A stretch of DNA of 32,000 nucleotides, from assembly GCA_028710695.1 (NCBI GenBank), contig JAQTTP010000001.1, positions 60,001 through 92,000 of the forward strand, written 5' to 3'. The DNA is from Candidatus Iainarchaeum sp. (GTDB taxonomy: Archaea; Iainarchaeota; Iainarchaeia; Iainarchaeales; 0-14-0-20-30-16). Positions 1 through 9,044 of the stretch are shown piece by piece. Numbering within the stretch: position 1 is the stretch's first letter; the number at the start of each line of letters is the position of its first letter. Made by a program: the position numbers and the translations under genes. Below the pieces are notes generated by a model. The model was given only the letters and a program-made list of their open reading frames with translations. It was not told the DNA's origin and made no database searches.

Positions 1-27
1 GATATATTATCTAAAATACATAGTAAG

Positions 28-513
28 GTGAATAAAATGGCTGTTTTGGACCAATACGACTTCAAAATACTTCAAATGCTAATAAAGGACGGAAGAGCAT
101 CTTTTAGTAACATAGCTAAAGAGATTGGCATAAGCGATGTTGCAGTAAAAAAACGGTTTGAAAGGCTTATTTCTAAAAAAATAATAAAACAAATATCTCT
201 TGACGTAGGTTATGATGTTGTTGGGTTCCAAGGTCTATTTTTAGTTTTGCTAAAAGTAAATAATTTCTTTTATAAAAAAATAATGGCATCTCTTAAAGCA
301 GAGGATTTTGTAAAAAGCATCTACAGAACAACAGGTGACTATAACATAACTCTTTTTTACTTAGTTCCGGATATGTCTCAAGTTGAATTATTGGACAACT
401 TATTAACAAAGCTAGAGGGCGTGATAGATTTTAAAATACTAATCGTTACTGGAAAAGAATATGAAAAAGATTCTTTGCCGTTATCAAGTTTACAAGTTTA
501 TTATAGGCATTAA
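28..513 (+). CDS. Lrp/AsnC-family transcriptional regulator
   Basis: ORF 161 aa; N-terminal HTH of AsnC type (LDQYDFKILQMLIKDGRASFSNIAKEIGISDVAVKKRFERLISKKII). Start may be GTG at 28 or ATG at 37. Confidence 0.8.
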   Translation: MNKMAVLDQYDFKILQMLIKDGRASFSNIAKEIGISDVAVKKRFERLISKKIIKQISLDVGYDVVGFQGLFLVLLKVNNFFYKKIMASLKAEDFVKSIYRTTGDYNITLFYLVPDMSQVELLDNLLTKLEGVIDFKILIVTGKEYEKDSLPLSSLQVYYRH

Positions 514-542
514 AATTTATTTTGCCTTATTTATGTGATTCC

Positions 543-2657
543 ATGAAAACTATAATTGTTGCAGAGAAACCAATTGCGGGAAGAACAATTTCCGAAATTC
601 TTTCAAGCAAAAAGTATTCTGCAAAATTTTATAATAAAATGCCGTATTTTGAATTTTCTTCTAAAGAACTAGGGGAAATAATACTAATTCCATTAAAAGG
701 CCACATTTCAGATGTTGCATTTCCACTAAAGTATGCACGGTGGCTTGGTACTGACTTGAAAGATTTAGTTCAAAAGCCAGAAATAAAATATATTATGAAA
801 GAAAAAGAAATTACTGCTCTTTTGAAAAAATATGCTAAAGAAGTAAGCAAAATAATAATTGCAACCGATGCAGACCGTGAAGGTGAATCTATTGGCAAAG
901 AAGCAGTAACTTATGTTACAGAAGAAAATCCAAATATAGAAATAAAAAGAGTATATTATTCAGCAATTACAAAAGATGAACTTAGCAAAGCATTCTCAAA
1001 CCAGCAAGAATTAAATTATGGTTTGGCAGATGCAGCAGACGCTCGTAGAGAAATAGATTTAATCTGGGGTGCAGTTCTTACAAGGTTTCTATCTTTAATT
1101 ATAAAAAGACTTGGCCCAGACTTTTTGTCAGCAGGAAGAGTTCAGAGTCCAACTCTTGCAAAAATAGTTGAAAAGGATTTAGAAATTGCTAATTTTGTGC
1201 CAGAAAAATATTGGCAAGTAGAATTAACTTTGAAAAAAGGAGAAGAATTTACTGCTCTTTATGAAAAAGAAAAAATTGACAACAATGAATTAGCAGAAAA
1301 GATATTCAATTCAGTAAAAGAAAAAGTAAAAGTTCATAGCTTGGACAAAAAGCAGAAAAAGATTCCAAAGCCAACCCCATTTAACACTACAGACTTTTTA
1401 AGAGAAGCAACAAAGCTTGGGTTTTCAGCAGGAAAAGCAATAAGTATTGCAGAAAATCTTTATATGAACGGATTTATAAGTTACCCAAGAACAGATAACA
1501 GAAAATACGTTGGCGTAGACATATTTAAAATTTTGGCAGACTTAGAACCAGGTTTCAAAAAAGAAGTTGCAAAGCTAAAAAAACAAGATAAAATCACCCC
1601 CTCTGCAGGAGAAGAAACAAAAGATCATCCGCCAATCCACCCAGTAACTCTTGCGTATGAAAACACTCTTTCAAAGCCAGAATGGAAAGTCTACAAATTA
1701 GTGGTTGACAGATTTTTTGCAACCCTTGCAGAAGATGCAGAAGCAAACACAACAAAAGTTTATTTTTCAACCCCAGAATACTTATTTGTTTCAGAAGGTT
1801 TAGAAATATTAAAAGCAGGCTGGCTTGAGTTTTATCCTTATAGAAAAGTGGCAGAAAACTTTTTACCAAGCATGGAAGTTGGAGAAGAGCTTCCAGTACT
1901 AAATAAAGAAATCCTTGCAAAAGAAACTAAACCACCTGCAAAATATTCACAAGGAACACTAATTAAACTTATGGAAGATCTAAAGCTAGGTACAAAGAGT
2001 ACTAGGCCAACAATAATAGAAAAGCTTTATTCTAGAAACTATATAGATGGAGAAAAACAAGTAAACTCAACAGAAATAGCTAAAGCAGTAATATCTGCCC
2101 TACAAGAATATGCAAAAGCAATAGTTCTTCCTGAAACAACAGCAAAATTGGAAGACCAAATGACCTCTATAGAAAATAAGGAAACTACAAAAGAGAAAGT
2201 TGTAAACGATTCTAGAGACCTTCTATTAAAAATCTTAGACGAGTTATTAGAAAACAAGGGAAAGATAGCCCAGAAGCTTATGGCAGGCATAAGCAGGCAC
2301 GATTCTTTTGGCCCATGCCTATGTGGTGGAAGTTTAAGAAAGCTTACTTCTAGGGCCGGGAAATCATTCCTTGGTTGTAGTAATTATCCTAATTGTAAAA
2401 TAACATATTCTTTGCCACAAAAAGATTTCTACACTTATGCCGGCAAATGTAGTATATGTAATGCCCCAAAGATAGAGCTAAGAAAAGGCAAAAGAAAGTA
2501 TGAATTTTGCCTAAACCAAAACTGCCCTTCTCAAAAAGAATATGTAAAGAAAAGAGAAGAAGCGGGGCCAGCAGTAGCAACGGCAGCCTCCACAAAGCCC
2601 GTAAAAACAGTTACAAAGAAAACAACTAAGAAAAGAGTAACGAAGAAAAAAGAATAA
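543..2657 (+). CDS. topA: DNA topoisomerase I (type IA)
   Basis: TOPRIM start MKTIIVAEKPIAGR, DADREGE motif, active-site region FISYPRTD, RVQSPTL motif, C-terminal Cys4 zinc fingers. The ORF opens at 522 but the conserved N-terminus fits ATG 543. Confidence 0.95.
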   Translation: MKTIIVAEKPIAGRTISEILSSKKYSAKFYNKMPYFEFSSKELGEIILIPLKGHISDVAFPLKYARWLGTDLKDLVQKPEIKYIMKEKEITALLKKYAKEVSKIIIATDADREGESIGKEAVTYVTEENPNIEIKRVYYSAITKDELSKAFSNQQELNYGLADAADARREIDLIWGAVLTRFLSLIIKRLGPDFLSAGRVQSPTLAKIVEKDLEIANFVPEKYWQVELTLKKGEEFTALYEKEKIDNNELAEKIFNSVKEKVKVHSLDKKQKKIPKPTPFNTTDFLREATKLGFSAGKAISIAENLYMNGFISYPRTDNRKYVGVDIFKILADLEPGFKKEVAKLKKQDKITPSAGEETKDHPPIHPVTLAYENTLSKPEWKVYKLVVDRFFATLAEDAEANTTKVYFSTPEYLFVSEGLEILKAGWLEFYPYRKVAENFLPSMEVGEELPVLNKEILAKETKPPAKYSQGTLIKLMEDLKLGTKSTRPTIIEKLYSRNYIDGEKQVNSTEIAKAVISALQEYAKAIVLPETTAKLEDQMTSIENKETTKEKVVNDSRDLLLKILDELLENKGKIAQKLMAGISRHDSFGPCLCGGSLRKLTSRAGKSFLGCSNYPNCKITYSLPQKDFYTYAGKCSICNAPKIELRKGKRKYEFCLNQNCPSQKEYVKKREEAGPAVATAASTKPVKTVTKKTTKKRVTKKKE

Positions 2658-2681
2658 ATAAAAAATAATTCTTACCTTTTT

Positions 2682-3413
2682 TTATCTATGTCTTAAGTAA
2701 GAATTGAATATATTGAACTTTGTCAAATATATTACTGTTTTTGTTATTTCTAGTAGAGGCACAATAAATATAGTATTTAGTATTAGCCCAACTATTAATC
2801 CAGTTGTTCCGCCTATCCACATTGAAATCAAACTAACAATAAATATCAATACCACAAATACAAGGTAAACTACAAAAGTAGTCAACTTGTTATTTTTCAT
2901 GAACTTGTAGTTATGTTCTAAAGCAACCCCAATTCCCTCTTCATCAATTATAATTGATTGGGCGCAATAAAATACAAATATCGCTAATATAAAGTATAGA
3001 ACAGGAATCAAGAATGCAACAACAGTTCCAACAAAGATGTAGTAAATTATGAAATAGATTATATTTACAATAAAGGATATCACAAACAAGCTTGTAGTTG
3101 ATTTTATTATGTGTTTTACCATTTCCATCTTCTTTACTCCTTGGAATAAGTCTCTTCTTACCACGAACACTAAGATTGAGGTAAACATGGAGTAAATTAA
3201 GCTAGATAGCACAATTGCTAACAAAACAAGCAAATAGACATAAATTGGATAGCCGGCGGCATATACAAAAGTTACATCATTCCCCATCAGAGAGAATGCA
3301 AAATTGTTTATAAAGAGAGTAATAAGCAAAGCAATAGCATATCCCACAACTACGTGGAAGTGCTTAAAGTAGCTCAAAAGGCTATTTTTTACAATATTTT
3401 TAACTTTTAACAT
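2682..3413 (-). CDS. Multi-pass integral membrane protein, unknown function
   Basis: 243 aa with about 6 hydrophobic segments; no family recognised with confidence. Confidence 0.7.
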   Translation of the reverse strand: MLKVKNIVKNSLLSYFKHFHVVVGYAIALLITLFINNFAFSLMGNDVTFVYAAGYPIYVYLLVLLAIVLSSLIYSMFTSILVFVVRRDLFQGVKKMEMVKHIIKSTTSLFVISFIVNIIYFIIYYIFVGTVVAFLIPVLYFILAIFVFYCAQSIIIDEEGIGVALEHNYKFMKNNKLTTFVVYLVFVVLIFIVSLISMWIGGTTGLIVGLILNTIFIVPLLEITKTVIYLTKFNIFNSYLRHR

Positions 3414-3478
3414 AACTAATCACACTTGTCTCTTGTTTGTCCTAATAAATAAAAGAAGGAAAGGGATTTAAAGGTTTA

Positions 3479-3534
3479 TTTCAAAATTGGTTAAATCCAA
3501 TTCTGAAATCCTAAAATGCCTAAGGGCATTTTTT
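3479..3534 (-). terminator. Two adjacent hairpins after the Cys-rich gene (candidate 3' end/terminator)
   Basis: tttcaaaattgg/ccaattctgaaa (3479-3490 with 3497-3508, one mismatch) and aaaatgcc-taag-ggcatttt (3513-3520 with 3525-3532). Confidence 0.45.
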
Positions 3535-3544
3535 GATTCCCCAA

Positions 3545-5818
3545 TTACCTCAAACAAGTTACATAGATCTTTGAAACTAGCTCATCCTCTGTATTACTGT
3601 ATGTTTGTGAAACCCCAGTTATAGTACATTCTGCCTCTCCATTTGTGGTTGTAACTCCGTCATCATAGTCAAAGTTTTCTCCAGGGCTATCATCAATATC
3701 ATATTCTTTTCCGCCCTCACTAGTATATGCTACGGCATAGTCTGTAATGGGGTTGAATGTTATTCCTGCCAAGTCAAAAGTAACTAGGTTTGATCCTGTT
3801 GACCCACAATATTTCCTGGTTTCATGTACAAAAATGTGTTTACATTGATCTTTAATATTTCCTGCCTGGCACAAAGCAATGTTTTCTGAATAAGTTGAAT
3901 CACTTTCGTATCCAGTCATTCCACCAATACAACTCATTTCAAATAACACCCTAACTGTAATCTGATTTTCTTCTAAATCTAGGCCTGCATTGTACTTTTT
4001 GTCTTCAAATTCTGCACAAAGCCCATTATTAGCCTGGCACTTGTTGTATTTATCTCCAAACATATATTCACATAATTTATTGCCTGTGTAATTAGTGTTT
4101 AAAATACTCCAAGCTTTTGTACAATCTGGATCGTATTTTGTTCCAGATGTCCATTCTGTGTCTTCAACAGAATCAATAAAACTTGTGTTTGATATTAAAC
4201 CATATGACTTTGTAAATGAGTTTGCAGATAAGTGTAATTTATCTGAAACTGAACATTTCTTAGCGCCACCAATTTGTGTACAATATCCAGAGTCACATTC
4301 TGTGTCATAATTACAAGCAGATAATAATGATAATTTGCCGCTAGTCGTTGATGCAACAGAACACACACTATCATTACATGCTAAACCATTTTCACAAAAG
4401 CTAAACTTAGCTGAGTTTTTACAAAAACCGCCGGCTTTTAATAAGCCACAATTTCCCACTATGGCTTTGCTTATTGTTTTTTCTTTTGTCCAACTATATT
4501 TTCCATATTCTTGGTAATACAAAGAATTGAATTTATAAGTATTATTTATGTTTTTATTGTCTTTTACACAGATTGTGTCATCACAAAACCCATTGGCAGT
4601 ACACGGAGAACCAACAGGCTGATCAAACTTTTGTTTACAAGAATCTCCTATTCCCTCAGTAACAGCAATATTATTTTTTGTACACCAATATTTATCTGGA
4701 CACCCAGATATTTCATTGTCTTTAACACTACAAATTGTATCTTCTGTACTTTTTTTACATACTCTTAGGTCCATATCACAAATTAAATCTCCGCCACAGT
4801 CGGAGTTGTCATAACAACCTTCTTCGTGTAGTCCGCCCTTACAGATTTTTGACTCTGGGTCACAAACCCCGCTTAAGCATTGAGTTTCTGAAGCACAAGC
4901 CTCATTTATTGCAAACTTTTGCTTACATTCTCCTGAACTACAAAACTCAGCAGGTAAACAATCATCATTCTTTTCACAGGCAGTACAAGCCCCGCCTTTA
5001 CACAAATTTTTTTCACAATCACTATTTGCAAAACAAGAATCCCCTAATGACCGTGAGTTTAGGAGAATACAAGAAAACTCAGGTCCACAAACATATTCTT
5101 CTAATGCAAAGTTTTTATTGTCTTCAGTTTCTATTTCACAAAAATTGTTTGCAGAGTTTTCTTTACTTTGCTTACAAACCGCATCATTTAAAGTTGTATA
5201 CTCACATTTTTTTGTTGTTCCGTTACAATAAGATATGCCTTCTCCACCTGGAGCAACAGGACAATCTTTGTCATAATCACAAGACAGCCCAGGCCTTAAA
5301 TCAAAGATTTGTGAGCAATATGCATATTCTCCGCTTTTTAGTTTTGTACTCTTTAAATTTATTTTTGTGTTAGTCCCTTCTTTAACAAGGTTTTCTAGTT
5401 TTACTTCTTCGCCAGCGCCTAATTTTTTGTTATAAACTGCACAAATTAAGTCTTCACTACATTCTCCGGAGTTCTTACAAGTCTCTCCGACCTTTTTTGT
5501 ACCTATGGCGTCTTTGGCGCCACTTTTTCCGCTACTGCCACTAGTTCCAGATCCAACTGGGCCTTCGCTTGAACCACCCAAATCTGCGCTTTCTTCAGAT
5601 CCTTCTGTAGAACAATCTAGTTTTATATTAAAAAAATAAAAGTACATCTTTTCGTTTATACAAAGAGTGTCAGTTGCAGCATTTTGGCCTGCCTTACAAA
5701 AGCAGGAATTTGCTTCGTCAAAAATAGGCTTTTCAGCAAACCCAAAGCCAGAAATAAGAATAAGTCCTAAAAGAACACAAAAACATAAAGCAAGGCCATT
5801 AAATCTCATCGTAATCAT
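3545..5818 (-). CDS. Large secreted cysteine-rich repeat protein
   Basis: 757 aa; N-terminal signal peptide (LALCFCVLLGLILISGFGFA), Gly/Ser linker, then many modules of the type Cx(n)DCxxxxxCxxxxxxC (e.g. GDSCFANSDCEKNLCKGGACTACEKNDDC). Confidence 0.8.
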   Translation of the reverse strand: MITMRFNGLALCFCVLLGLILISGFGFAEKPIFDEANSCFCKAGQNAATDTLCINEKMYFYFFNIKLDCSTEGSEESADLGGSSEGPVGSGTSGSSGKSGAKDAIGTKKVGETCKNSGECSEDLICAVYNKKLGAGEEVKLENLVKEGTNTKINLKSTKLKSGEYAYCSQIFDLRPGLSCDYDKDCPVAPGGEGISYCNGTTKKCEYTTLNDAVCKQSKENSANNFCEIETEDNKNFALEEYVCGPEFSCILLNSRSLGDSCFANSDCEKNLCKGGACTACEKNDDCLPAEFCSSGECKQKFAINEACASETQCLSGVCDPESKICKGGLHEEGCYDNSDCGGDLICDMDLRVCKKSTEDTICSVKDNEISGCPDKYWCTKNNIAVTEGIGDSCKQKFDQPVGSPCTANGFCDDTICVKDNKNINNTYKFNSLYYQEYGKYSWTKEKTISKAIVGNCGLLKAGGFCKNSAKFSFCENGLACNDSVCSVASTTSGKLSLLSACNYDTECDSGYCTQIGGAKKCSVSDKLHLSANSFTKSYGLISNTSFIDSVEDTEWTSGTKYDPDCTKAWSILNTNYTGNKLCEYMFGDKYNKCQANNGLCAEFEDKKYNAGLDLEENQITVRVLFEMSCIGGMTGYESDSTYSENIALCQAGNIKDQCKHIFVHETRKYCGSTGSNLVTFDLAGITFNPITDYAVAYTSEGGKEYDIDDSPGENFDYDDGVTTTNGEAECTITGVSQTYSNTEDELVSKIYVTCLR

Positions 5819-5880
5819 CTCTTTAGCTAAAGATATGTAAAATATGGCGTATAAATATATAAAAGTATATCTAAAGACCC

Positions 5881-5918
5881 AAATAAGCCCAACTTATTTC
5901 ACATAAGTTTAAATAAGT
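5881..5918. promoter_or_regulatory. Operator-like inverted repeats upstream of the toxin-antitoxin pair
   Basis: AACTTATTT (5890-5898) and AAATAAGTT (5910-5918) are perfect inverted repeats; additional half-sites AATAAG 5881-5886 and TAAGTT 5903-5908. Confidence 0.45.
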
Positions 5919-5937
5919 TTTGTGACTTTAATTATTA

Positions 5938-6213
5938 GTGATTGTTATGTCTGAAAGTTATGTAAATGTTAATTTGCACATAGATGATTATACAAATAGG
6001 GTTTTGGGTGTTATTAAGGAAAAAAACGGATTAAAAGATAAATCCCAGGCCCTGATGTATTTTGCCAAACAATATGGCAGTGACCTGGTGGACCAAGAGG
6101 TAAAAGATGAAGTGATTAGAGAAGTAATACAAATAGAAGAGAACCACCTAAAGAAATATGGTCTTAGGGCAAAATCTATAAAACAATTAAGAGAAGAAAT
6201 AGAGCGTGACTAG
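5938..6213 (+). CDS. Antitoxin-like protein, DUF2683-like
   Basis: 91 aa; VNVNLHIDDYTNRVLGVIKEKNGLKDKSQAL... resembles archaeal DUF2683 antitoxin-like proteins; immediately upstream of a RelE-like ORF. Start GTG 5938 or ATG 5947. Confidence 0.7.
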   Translation: MIVMSESYVNVNLHIDDYTNRVLGVIKEKNGLKDKSQALMYFAKQYGSDLVDQEVKDEVIREVIQIEENHLKKYGLRAKSIKQLREEIERD

Positions 6214-6227
6214 ATTAAAGTGATTTA

Positions 6228-6503
6228 ATGTTTGATCTTGATTATTCTGATGAATTAAAAGCCACACTTAATAAATTATCTAAAAAAGACCGGAAAAGAT
6301 ATTTTGAAGTAATTAAAAAAATGGATGAAATAATTAATTCGGATCCCGAAACAATAAACCACTACAAAAATTTGAGATACAGTTATTCTGACAGAAAAAG
6401 AGTGCACATTGGCGAGAAATTCGTTTTAACTTTCAGAGTATTTATAAAAGAAAATTTTATTCTTTTTGTAAAATTTGCACATAGAGACGATATTTACAAA
6501 TAA
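6228..6503 (+). CDS. RelE/ParE-superfamily toxin-like protein
   Basis: 91 aa; LDYSDELKATLNKLSKKDRKRYFEVIKKMDEI...HYKNLRYSYSDRKRVHIGEKFVLTFRV...FVKFAHRDDIYK fits the RelE fold pattern with C-terminal HRDxIY; 14 nt after the antitoxin. Confidence 0.8.
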   Translation: MFDLDYSDELKATLNKLSKKDRKRYFEVIKKMDEIINSDPETINHYKNLRYSYSDRKRVHIGEKFVLTFRVFIKENFILFVKFAHRDDIYK

Positions 6504-6513
6504 TTGTTTTCTG

Positions 6514-6555
6514 CCAAGAAAGTAATTTCTTTTAGTGGAAATTATTTCGGGGGCC
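6514..6555 (-). repeat. Dispersed hairpin element, copy C (minus orientation, downstream of mutL)
   Basis: Minus read ggcccccgaaataatttccactaaaagaaattactttcttgg; arms 6518-6529 and 6538-6548 with a one-base bulge; resembles copies at 15735 and 26898. Confidence 0.5.
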
Positions 6556-6557
6556 AA

Positions 6558-6589
6558 CAAAGCTTTTTTGTAGAAAACAAAAAAGTTTG
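6558..6589. other. Hairpin between relE-like and mutL genes
   Basis: CAAA(G)CTTTTTTGT - agaaa - ACAAAAAAGTTTG, 13 bp with one bulged G. Confidence 0.5.
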
Positions 6590-6656
6590 AGGGTCAGAAG
6601 CAACCTTGTTTTACGCAAAGTTGACTTCTTACTGAAGAAATTTTATGAAATAAAAT

Positions 6657-8405
6657 TTACTTCCTGCTTACTTCTTTCTCAATTCTGTCTTTGCTTAGTT
6701 CTATAAAAATAGGCCTTCCATGTGGGCAAGTAAAGGGATTTTCACAATCAAACAAGTTTTCAATGATCTTTTCCATTTGAATCTCATTAAGTGGTGTTCC
6801 GGCTTTTACAGACATTTTACATGCAATAGTAGCAAATAACCCTGCTTGTTTGTCGGTAATATCTGCTTTAATCCCCCTAATAACATCTTTTAGTAATTCC
6901 TTGGTTTCTTCTTTAGTAATACTGTTCCTTATTTTCAAAGGAATAGTCCTAACTAGCAGTTCGTCCTTAAGTTCATCAATTTCAAATCCAAGTTTTCCAA
7001 GCTCATCTTTATTTTCAAGCAAAACCCCTCTGTCCTCAACAGGTAAAAGGAACCCAAATGGAACCAATAATTCTTGTTTTAATAAGCCATTGTGTTCATG
7101 ATATTGGGTTTGTATTTGCTCGAAATTATATCTTTCTTCAGCAACGTGCTGGTCAATAATATAAAAAGAATTATTTTTTTCAACAAGGATGTAAGTATTA
7201 AAAATTTGTCCAATAATTTTAAAGTTTTTTATTTTCGGAGTAGCATGGTGTTGCATTTCTTCTGGCAAAATATCCAAACTTTTTTGTATACTTTTTTCTG
7301 CTTTTATAAAGAAGTCATCCATATCCCCTTTTTCTGCCTTTGTTTCAGATTCCGCAATAAGTCTTGCAGTTATTGTTGAAATAAGTTGTGTTGGTCTTGT
7401 TTTATCAATTTCTGCTTCTTTAATTTGTTCTAATGCATTTTTAACAGCATAAAAAGTTGGCAAAAATAATAAACTATCTTCTTTAACCCTTACTTCTAAT
7501 TTTTGCGGGTGTACATTTACATCAACAATTTTTGGATTAATTTCTAAAAATATGAATGCATCAGGCCTATAAGTTTTTGGAATCTTTGCTTCAAATGCTT
7601 TTTTTATTGCTGACAAAACAGTAAAGTTTTTTATTGGCCTATTATTTATGTAAATTTGAGTAACGCCTTTACTTTCGCTTACTTTATTTGGCTTAGTAAC
7701 AAAAACAATTGCAGAAACCAAGGGATCTTTATATGTTCCTTGGGCTAGGTTTTTTGCAATGTCAAAATGAATTTCATTAACTCTTTCTTCATAGCCTGTT
7801 TTTTTCTGAAAGTTATAAGTTTCTTTTCCATCCACAATAATTTTGAAATTAACCTTTGGATTAGAAATTGCAATGCATTTTATCCAATCAATTATTTTTT
7901 TTAATTCATAATTTGTGGTCTTCAAAAATTTCTGTCTTGCAGGGATATTATAAAATAAATTTTGAACTGTAATCGATGTTCCCTTTCTAAAAGCCGTCAT
8001 TGTTTTTCTGTTAATCAGCCCATTTTCTATTTCAATTACATTAGAATGGTCATAACCTTCAATTGCACTTGTAATTTCCATTTTGGAAACATCCGCAATA
8101 GTAGATAATGCTTCGCCTCTAAATCCATATGACAAAATAGAATAAATATCCTCAATTTTTGTAATTTTTGATGTCGCATGTCTTAAAATAGTTAATTCTA
8201 GATCTTCTTCCTCAATGCCGGTTCCGTTGTCTATGACAGTTATTTCCTTTTTCCCGCCATCTTTTAGCTTGATAATGATTTCATCAGAATTAGCATCTAT
8301 GCTGTTCTCTACAAGTTCCTTTACTGCGGAAGCAGGCCTTTCTATTACCTCTCCAGCCGCAATTTTGTTTATTGTGCTGCTATCAAGAACGTGGATTTTA
8401 CTCAT
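6657..8405 (-). CDS. mutL: DNA mismatch repair protein MutL, endonuclease-motif type
   Basis: GHKL ATPase motifs (GEVIERPASAVKELVENSIDA, DNGTG, YGFRGEAL); C-terminal DQHVAEERYNFE, ACKMSVKAG and CPHGRP motifs. Confidence 0.95.
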   Translation of the reverse strand: MSKIHVLDSSTINKIAAGEVIERPASAVKELVENSIDANSDEIIIKLKDGGKKEITVIDNGTGIEEEDLELTILRHATSKITKIEDIYSILSYGFRGEALSTIADVSKMEITSAIEGYDHSNVIEIENGLINRKTMTAFRKGTSITVQNLFYNIPARQKFLKTTNYELKKIIDWIKCIAISNPKVNFKIIVDGKETYNFQKKTGYEERVNEIHFDIAKNLAQGTYKDPLVSAIVFVTKPNKVSESKGVTQIYINNRPIKNFTVLSAIKKAFEAKIPKTYRPDAFIFLEINPKIVDVNVHPQKLEVRVKEDSLLFLPTFYAVKNALEQIKEAEIDKTRPTQLISTITARLIAESETKAEKGDMDDFFIKAEKSIQKSLDILPEEMQHHATPKIKNFKIIGQIFNTYILVEKNNSFYIIDQHVAEERYNFEQIQTQYHEHNGLLKQELLVPFGFLLPVEDRGVLLENKDELGKLGFEIDELKDELLVRTIPLKIRNSITKEETKELLKDVIRGIKADITDKQAGLFATIACKMSVKAGTPLNEIQMEKIIENLFDCENPFTCPHGRPIFIELSKDRIEKEVSRK

Positions 8406-8454
8406 ATAGAAATAGAAAACAGAAGGGTATAAAACCCTATAGTTTTTTGTGTTT

Positions 8455-8715
8455 TTATAGTAAGGTCATACCTTCATTTTCAACGTTTGTAATGTCTGGA
8501 ATAGAGTTTATTTCGTCCTCAAGTCTAGGCATAGCCCCGTCTACCTTGTCAGGTATGATGAAACTTATCTTTATTACCTTTATTCCAAATACCAAGTCTT
8601 CTATCTGACTTTTATCATATTTTGCATTTTTTATCTTCTTTAGCCTTTCATGCACAGCCTCTAGCTTGTCTTGGTCCTCTACACTTATCTTATAAACTAG
8701 TAAAACTTCACCCAT
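8455..8715 (-). CDS. Archaeal elongation factor 1-beta (aEF1B)
   Basis: 86 aa; IEDLVFGIKVIKISFIIPDKVDG...EDEINSIPDITNVEN is characteristic. Confidence 0.88.
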   Translation of the reverse strand: MGEVLLVYKISVEDQDKLEAVHERLKKIKNAKYDKSQIEDLVFGIKVIKISFIIPDKVDGAMPRLEDEINSIPDITNVENEGMTLL

Positions 8716-8748
8716 TATAATCTCTCCAATAACTAGACCTTAAACGTT

Positions 8749-8898
8749 TATGGCAATTCTATACCACATTTCTTGCATTTGAAAGTATTGCTTAGAACCC
8801 TGCAGTGGTTACATCTATGAATTTGCTCTCCACATGATGGGCATTTATACTTCACATAATCATCAGTTTTCTTATTACATGTATTACATACTGTCATT
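8749..8898 (-). CDS. Small zinc-ribbon protein (HVO_2753-like), not in supplied ORF track
   Basis: Hand translation: MTVCNTCNKKTDDYVKYKCPSCGEQIHRCNHCRVLSNTFKCKKCGIELP (49 aa), four CxxC pairs; adjacent to aEF1B as commonly seen in archaea. Confidence 0.85.
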
Positions 8899-8971
8899 AT
8901 TATCACCTTTTTAAGAATTTAGTATATAAGTGTTTGTATCTAAAGATTTATATATTATATCACAAAAAGTA

Positions 8972-9044
8972 GGACTTGTGAGGTAATTGGATAACCTAGC
9001 GGGCTTCGGACCCGCCTATCGGGGTTCGAGTCCCTGCGAGTCCA
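8972..9044 (+). tRNA. tRNA-Arg (anticodon TCG)
   Basis: Acceptor GGACTTG/CGAGTCC, D arm AGG/CCT, anticodon stem GCGGG/CCCGC with loop CTTCGGA, T arm CGGGG-TTCGAGT-CCCTG; 73 nt, discriminator A, no encoded CCA. Confidence 0.95.

Noticed and set aside
2667-2705. Inverted repeat aattcttac / gtaagaatt between topA and the convergent membrane protein gene
   Set aside because: Long 21-nt loop and overlap with the coding end of the minus gene; may be a weak bidirectional terminator but not convincing enough to list.
3479-3534. Possible fourth copy of the dispersed hairpin element
   Set aside because: It shares only generic AT-rich stem character; the sequence does not align with copies A-C, so it was kept as separate hairpins.
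4735-5373. 212-aa plus-strand ORF opposite the Cys-rich gene (and several other 60-130 aa ORFs in the same region)
   Set aside because: Antisense to a well-supported ORF; composition rich in Leu/His/Tyr is a reverse-strand shadow of Cys/Asn/Lys codons with no recognisable domain.
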